Source of the DNA: an uncultured Acidobacteriaceae bacterium
GTDB taxonomy: Bacteria; Acidobacteriota; Terriglobia; Terriglobales; Acidobacteriaceae
Direction: 5' to 3'
Assembly (NCBI GenBank): GCA_963843005.1
Contig: CAWJIW010000025.1
Span: 6,157-70,156 of the forward strand
DNA: 64,000 nucleotides
Positions 59,378 through 64,000 of this stretch are shown piece by piece. Under the pieces are notes generated by a model that saw nothing but the letters and a program-made list of their open reading frames with translations, had not been told where the DNA came from and ran no database searches. Numbering within the stretch: the first letter of the stretch is position 1; each line of letters opens with the position of its first letter. Made by a program: the position numbers and the translations under genes.

Positions 59378-60214
59378 GTGCCTAAGAAGCAGAAGAGGAT
59401 GATCACGCGACTACCAATGACCGGTGCTAACGTTAGGGCGGCACTCAATCCGATGCGTGTGGGCATGCCCGCCTCTGACTCGATCCTGGACACCGCGCAA
59501 TTCACTCCAAAGCCGGGCGGTCCCAGCTATACGGTAATAAGAACCTCCGAACTGGATTCTTATGAGCCCGTCCCGCGTGCCCTCGCGAAAATAATGGCCT
59601 CCAAACAGGCTGTCGGTCCCCGAGCGGTTGCTACGGCCTTAAAAGCCACAGCTCCCACCAGTGACAATTTTTCCGGATCGGCACGCAAGGCGGCGAAGTT
59701 GTCCATCGCCACAGGAAAGGTCGAGCAGTTTGCCGATTTGAGTGCAATGGTGAACTCATTTGCTCCCGACCAATCCATGATCCACCACACGCCAACCATC
59801 ACCACGGCTCCAACTTCAGGCCGCGTTAAAGAGGAGCAGCGGAACATTCACGTGAAAGCATTTCTCTACGCTTCCAGCCGCGAAGCCGACAATGATTTTC
59901 ACGTGATCATCGGTCGCGACCCAAGCCTCACGCCGGAGTTGTACATGACGATGGAGGTATCAGGGTTGCCGCCGAAGAGCAATCCTGCGTTTGCGGCGCT
60001 CAACACCACTCGAAGCGCCTTCAAGACTTTTTTTGGAACGAACTTGCCCGGACCAACTTATGACTTCTTTCACCCTCCCATTCCTGTCGAGATCGAGGGC
60101 TCTCTTTTCTTCGACATGACGCATGCAACCGGCCAGCGGCCGGGACCGGCCAGCTTGAAGAGCCGTATGCCAACCATATGGGAGGTTCACCCGGCCTCGT
60201 CGCTCAAGTTTTAG
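59378..60214 (+). CDS. Hypothetical protein (Lys-rich N-terminus, shared N-module, unknown C-domain)
   Basis: 278-aa intact ORF with GGGAGG RBS. No family recognised. Confidence 0.6.
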   Translation: MPKKQKRMITRLPMTGANVRAALNPMRVGMPASDSILDTAQFTPKPGGPSYTVIRTSELDSYEPVPRALAKIMASKQAVGPRAVATALKATAPTSDNFSGSARKAAKLSIATGKVEQFADLSAMVNSFAPDQSMIHHTPTITTAPTSGRVKEEQRNIHVKAFLYASSREADNDFHVIIGRDPSLTPELYMTMEVSGLPPKSNPAFAALNTTRSAFKTFFGTNLPGPTYDFFHPPIPVEIEGSLFFDMTHATGQRPGPASLKSRMPTIWEVHPASSLKF

Positions 60215-60259
60215 GATCGCGATTCAAGTGGCCAACATTTTTGGGAGTTGTAGATTCGG

Positions 60260-60487
60260 ATGGCAACTGGGAAAAAGAAAAAGGTGGCTAAGACGGGCGC
60301 TTCCGGAACCACGAAGAGGTATCTCCCCAGCGTGGCGGACCAGCTTCAAACGGGAATGCCGGCGATCGACAGCGTTCAAGATGTGGTGCAAGCCGAGTCT
60401 CCTACGGGCCACAAGTTCGAGATCCTCAAGACCAACGAGCGCGATTCATACGATCCGCCTCCGAAACCCCGGAAGAAGACGAAATAG
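60260..60487 (+). CDS. Small hypothetical protein homologous to the N-module of the preceding gene
   Basis: GMPAIDSVQDVVQ...ILKTNERDSYDPPP compared with GMPASDSILDTAQ...VIRTSELDSYEPVP. Confidence 0.5.
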   Translation: MATGKKKKVAKTGASGTTKRYLPSVADQLQTGMPAIDSVQDVVQAESPTGHKFEILKTNERDSYDPPPKPRKKTK

Positions 60488-60530
60488 CAGACAGAATCAG
60501 ACGCAGACTGGTGGCGCAGCGTAAAGCGCC

Positions 60531-60944
60531 TCACCCGCTCCAGATTTCAAGCTTGAATTTGCAATAGCGATTGATCATCTCGAAATCGGCACCGTTGGAA
60601 GTGATGAGTCGTGCGCCATGAGAGCGGGCTGTGAGCGCGATGAGTACATCGAAATGCAAGTCGCGAAGGTTCTCTGCGGTAAAACCTTTCTCCGCACACA
60701 TCTTCCCCAGCAACTGTCCCGACTCCAGCCAATTCCCTGCGGTAGGCGTGAGAATGGGGTGATTGCGCTGCAGTGCCCGCAGAAATTCCCGCTCCGCCGG
60801 CTTCCTGGCGCTTCGCCACAACTCCGCCAGCACCACGGAAGATGTCCGGACCAGACCGCTGACTGATTGGATTCGCTCACGGTGGCGTCCCGTCCGCAGG
60901 TCGTCAATAAAGATTGACGTGTCAAAGAGGATGAGGTCAATCAT
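60531..60944 (-). CDS. vapC: PIN-domain toxin VapC
   Basis: ILFDTSIFID..., ...DVLIALTARSHGARLITSNGADF. Confidence 0.85.
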   Translation of the reverse strand: MIDLILFDTSIFIDDLRTGRHRERIQSVSGLVRTSSVVLAELWRSARKPAEREFLRALQRNHPILTPTAGNWLESGQLLGKMCAEKGFTAENLRDLHFDVLIALTARSHGARLITSNGADFEMINRYCKFKLEIWSG

Positions 60945-61125
60945 CGTGCCCCGCGAACGAAAGCTTGCCGCGGTGCTTTCGCATCAGGTCCTTGAATCGC
61001 TTCAGGGCCACGATTTCCCGGAGCGCCACATGCACCGCTTCGGTCCGCGATTTCACTCCCAGCGCCTTCGCGGCCTCGTCTGCCAGATTCGTGTCCAGCC
61101 TGATTGACGTCAATGTCACAGTCAT
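60937..61125 (-). CDS. vapB: VapB-type antitoxin
   Basis: MTVTLTSIRLDTNLADEAAKALGVKSRTEAVHVALREIV. 8-nt overlap with vapC. Confidence 0.75.
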   Translation of the reverse strand: MTVTLTSIRLDTNLADEAAKALGVKSRTEAVHVALREIVALKRFKDLMRKHRGKLSFAGHDD

Positions 61126-61254
61126 AAGCTTGCCCTCGCTTGTATATACATTATAACTGAGTCGTATATACGTTTCATCCCCGAAGCACCAAGGCCGCGG
61201 ATTGACCTTCGAATCCGAAGGCGTCCGCAACCCCGCCGTGCAACTGCTGACGCA

Positions 61255-62824
61255 TCACTGATTGGAAATGGTCGCGATGCTGCCGTCCACCTTCTTCAGC
61301 TTGACCGTGAACTTCTCGTTGTAGGTGTGCGCGCGGTCTTGCAGAATACTTAACGCCACCGCCTCACCCAACTGGATCGAGGTGTCGGTGTCGCTGCGCC
61401 AGTGAATACCAGGATGGATGCCGTGACCAAAGCTGATATTGTGCGCCAGCTTGTGCAGTTCGCCGTTGACGGTCAGTTGTCCAGCGCCACTGCCCGTGTA
61501 GTCTTTCAGCATGGTTCCATCGCTCGACGGCACCTGCGGCTTTGGAATGACGAAGTCGCCATCGAAAAAGAACTTCAGCACGGTAATACAGGCGCCCGCC
61601 ACCGTGCCGTGTCCGGTGGGATACGCCGGATGCGTCGGCGACCCTTCCGGAAACGCCTGCGACAAGAAATAGCTGGCGTTGGTGGTGAAAGCAGTCTGCA
61701 CCGCCTGCGAGTTCAACACCGTCGGACTAAGCTGGCCCTGGATCGTGCCGCCTTGTCCGGTTTTGTTCAAGTACACAATCGCGCCACCCGATTCCGGACG
61801 ATGGCGAAGATGCACATACCACTTCTGGTACCACACCGCGTTGATTGCCTCCCTGGCCACCGCGGCAAGGGTGGCGGCGAAGTCCGGCTGACCCATGGTG
61901 CCGAAACCGTTTTGCGTCTTGGACCCGATATAGGGGTTGCCCGGGTTTAAAGGCGGGGGATAACGCCGCAGAGTGTTCAGTACCAGGTACGCAATGAAGT
62001 AAGCCTCGTAGAGCACATCCGCGTGGGTGTAAGCGCCCAGCCCGCGACCGTCGTGCATGAACACGGGCGTGTCCGCCTGTAGCGACAATCCGGTGGAGAT
62101 GCCATTCTGCACCTTCTGGAAGGTAACCGGGTCCAGCATGTAATCGAGGTTCTTTTTCGCCGTGGTGTACTTCTGCACGATCGGCAAAGCGCCGAAGCTG
62201 GTGTTCTGCAGGAGGAACTGCGAGATGTAGGGGCCGATGGTCTCGCCGGGGAACAGCCCGCCCGGCCGCACCGCCGCGAAACAACAGGCCAGGAGTGACC
62301 TTGTGGCTGGCATCGCGCGGCCCTTGGTACTGGGGCATGCCGGACAATTCCTCCGCCGCCTGAATGGCTATAGGGTTCGTGGCGTAGTCGGTAAACGCGA
62401 CATCCCGCAGCAACGAAGCCCAGTAGAGTTCCACCAGTTCGGTGGCGTATTCCTCGCTCGCCAGGGCGGGCGCCGGCGGCGATGTGAACTGGCTGTTGTC
62501 CAGGCATTCCAGATCGAACGCCAGGCCGCCCTGCGGACCGTTCTGGGTACGCGGTCCGCCCAGTACGATGTTTTCGAAATCCGCCGGGTTGCCGCTGTTC
62601 AGCGCCTTCTTGAAACTTTGATAAGCCGCCAGGTCCACCAGGCCGATGCCGGTTTGCAGAATGCCTTTGGTGTAGGTTCCGCTCTTGTCGGCGTAAAGAG
62701 CTTCGTCTCCGTTGTCAATCTGCGCGGGCGCTGGAATGAAGGCGTCGTGCCCAGCGGCCTGAAGACGCAGCGCGAACGACCTGGGGACGCGATGGCTGGT
62801 TGCGGGGGAAGTGATCAGGGTCAT
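61255..62824 (-). CDS. Vanadium-haloperoxidase-like / PAP2-superfamily protein, copy 2 (one apparent frameshift near 62285)
   Basis: ELYWASLLRDV, YPTGHGTVAGA and FGHGIHPGIHWRSD motifs intact. Track ORFs 61727-62824 and 61255-62313 join at ...VTPGLLFRG/RPGGLFPGE. Confidence 0.75.
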
Positions 62825-62875
62825 GGTTCTCTCCTTGAGAAGACACTAAGCGTGGTGGTTGGTCGGGCGCAAGTT

Positions 62876-63672
62876 TCACGGGCCTGAGGGCCCGCGCCTG
62901 TGCGTGAGAGCCCACCTATTCCCCGACTTTTGTCTTCCCACGCTCCCAAGTGGCATCGCCATCAGCTTCCGGTTCAATGCGGCGCTGCGGCACTTGCGCC
63001 GGCGGCTTGCGCAGCCCGAACAGCACCTTCTGCCGCCCCGCCTCCCGCCACAACTGCGGCGGCGGCTGCCGCTGCGGAGCGTCCTTTTCCTCCTTTTTTT
63101 CCACCCAGTAAAGGGCTTGTTGCTTGTGTTCCTCCAGCGTGGCGTCGCCGTCCACCGAAACGTAATAGCCATCTTCCATCTCCATGACCTGGCCTTACTC
63201 TCCCGGCCTACGGGCTCTACTACTGTTTTCTCTTCTTCCTCTTCCGGCTCCGCCGACCTCAACTCGTCGCCTTGCTCAGCGATGCCGAAGTCCTCTTCGA
63301 AGCTCTCATAGCGGCTGCACAGCAAGTCCTCGTTGTCGCTCTGCTCCGGCGTGCCGGCCCGGAAATTCACGCCCAGCTTCAGGTTCGAGCTGGCGATCTG
63401 AAGCGCGTACAGCAGTTGCCCGCTCACCCGCGGGCTGATGCGGCGGCGCAGCACCGCATCCATCACCTGCATCACCGCAATCTGGATGGAGTTGGCGTCT
63501 TCCAGCGGCGGCAGGTCCAGCAGGAGCGGCCCGTCGCTGGTCGCGTCCTGTTGGTCCGCCCGCAGCGCGTCCGCGTAGCACAGATGGAAGTGCAGTAATC
63601 CCGCCCTTTCAACGCGAGCGAGCCACAAAACTGACCATTCGGTTTCACATAGTCACAAGTTCGGGTTTTCAT
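62876..63672 (-). CDS. Hypothetical protein with Cys/His-rich N-terminus (two apparent frameshifts)
   Basis: MKTRTCDYVKPNGQFCGSLALKGRDYC (ORF 63472-63672) continues as HFHLCYADAL... (62876-63628), and the tail lies in ORF 62916-63185. Confidence 0.45.
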
Positions 63673-63927
63673 GGCGTGGTTTCCTTTTCATTCTGGATTC
63701 TTGTGGTATTTCTGGTGGAGCGGCGCTTATTCAACGTAGAGCCGGCTTCAACCGGCGGCACTTCTTTCCAGATGCCGGCTGGAACGAGGGGCGGCCGCTG
63801 GCGTATCCCCCTCCCCCCATGCGTCGGCAAAATATTCAAAACAAGACGCTTATCGCAAAATATTCCATCCAAAGGAGTTAGTCGGAACGGATTGATTCGA
63901 TGAGGGTTAGCGGACAGAACGGGAATC

Positions 63928-63968
63928 TGGGTGCCCCACCCTTCTCGCCGCTTCGGCGGGAGGGTGGG
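63928..63968. repeat. Family B palindromic element
   Basis: tgggtgccccacccttctcgccgcttcggcgggagggtggg. Confidence 0.6.
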
Positions 63969-64000
63969 AGCCGACGCCCATGTCGCCAGATTGAATTTTG

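Overview
High-GC bacterial chromosomal segment. Gene content and the intergenic repeat families suggest an Acidobacteriota-type genome, but that is inference only.

Gene order:
- Tandem secreted peptidases (S46, M13).
- A single-strand hopanoid operon: ispH-shc-hpnA-hpnG-[two Zn-dependent dehydrogenases]-hpnC-hpnD-hpnE.
- A secreted protein built from 58-aa tandem repeats, then DinB and a small islet that looks lower in GC.
- recN and a complete Tol-Pal cluster (tolQ-tolR-tolA-tolB-pal-ybgF).
- murB, a YVTN beta-propeller protein, DAHP synthase and nfo.
- A RAYT/IS200-like Y1 transposase bracketed by perfect inverted REP hairpins, then leuS.
- A DUF2844/DUF3443 pair, an APC permease and a methyltransferase.
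- An accessory patch: a GT2, a 111-bp tandem array, and two different IS110-family transposases flanking a pentapeptide-repeat gene.
- A membrane glycosyltransferase plus GT2, and two vapBC pairs.
- Two inverted vanadium-haloperoxidase-like paralogues enclosing a TIGR03118-like protein, a stand-alone nuoB and an OsmC-family gene.

Most interesting leads:
1. The two MDR dehydrogenases sit directly after hpnG inside the hopanoid operon. They are candidates for the unassigned ribosylhopane-to-bacteriohopanetetrol reduction.
2. The OsmC-family gene has an in-frame TGA at the position of the conserved first Cys, followed by a SECIS-like hairpin.
3. The RAYT element, several dispersed palindromic repeat families and (CAGTTGY)n heptamer arrays.
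4. The IS110 elements have structured non-coding flanks that could encode guide RNAs.

Caveat: many conserved genes are broken by frameshifts, and the breaks are very unevenly distributed. They are dense in 19.1-24.4 kb and 50.4-50.9 kb and absent in 24.4-34.3 kb. This looks more like local consensus error than real decay, so every 'pseudogene' and recoding call here is provisional. I found no rRNA, tRNA or CRISPR array.
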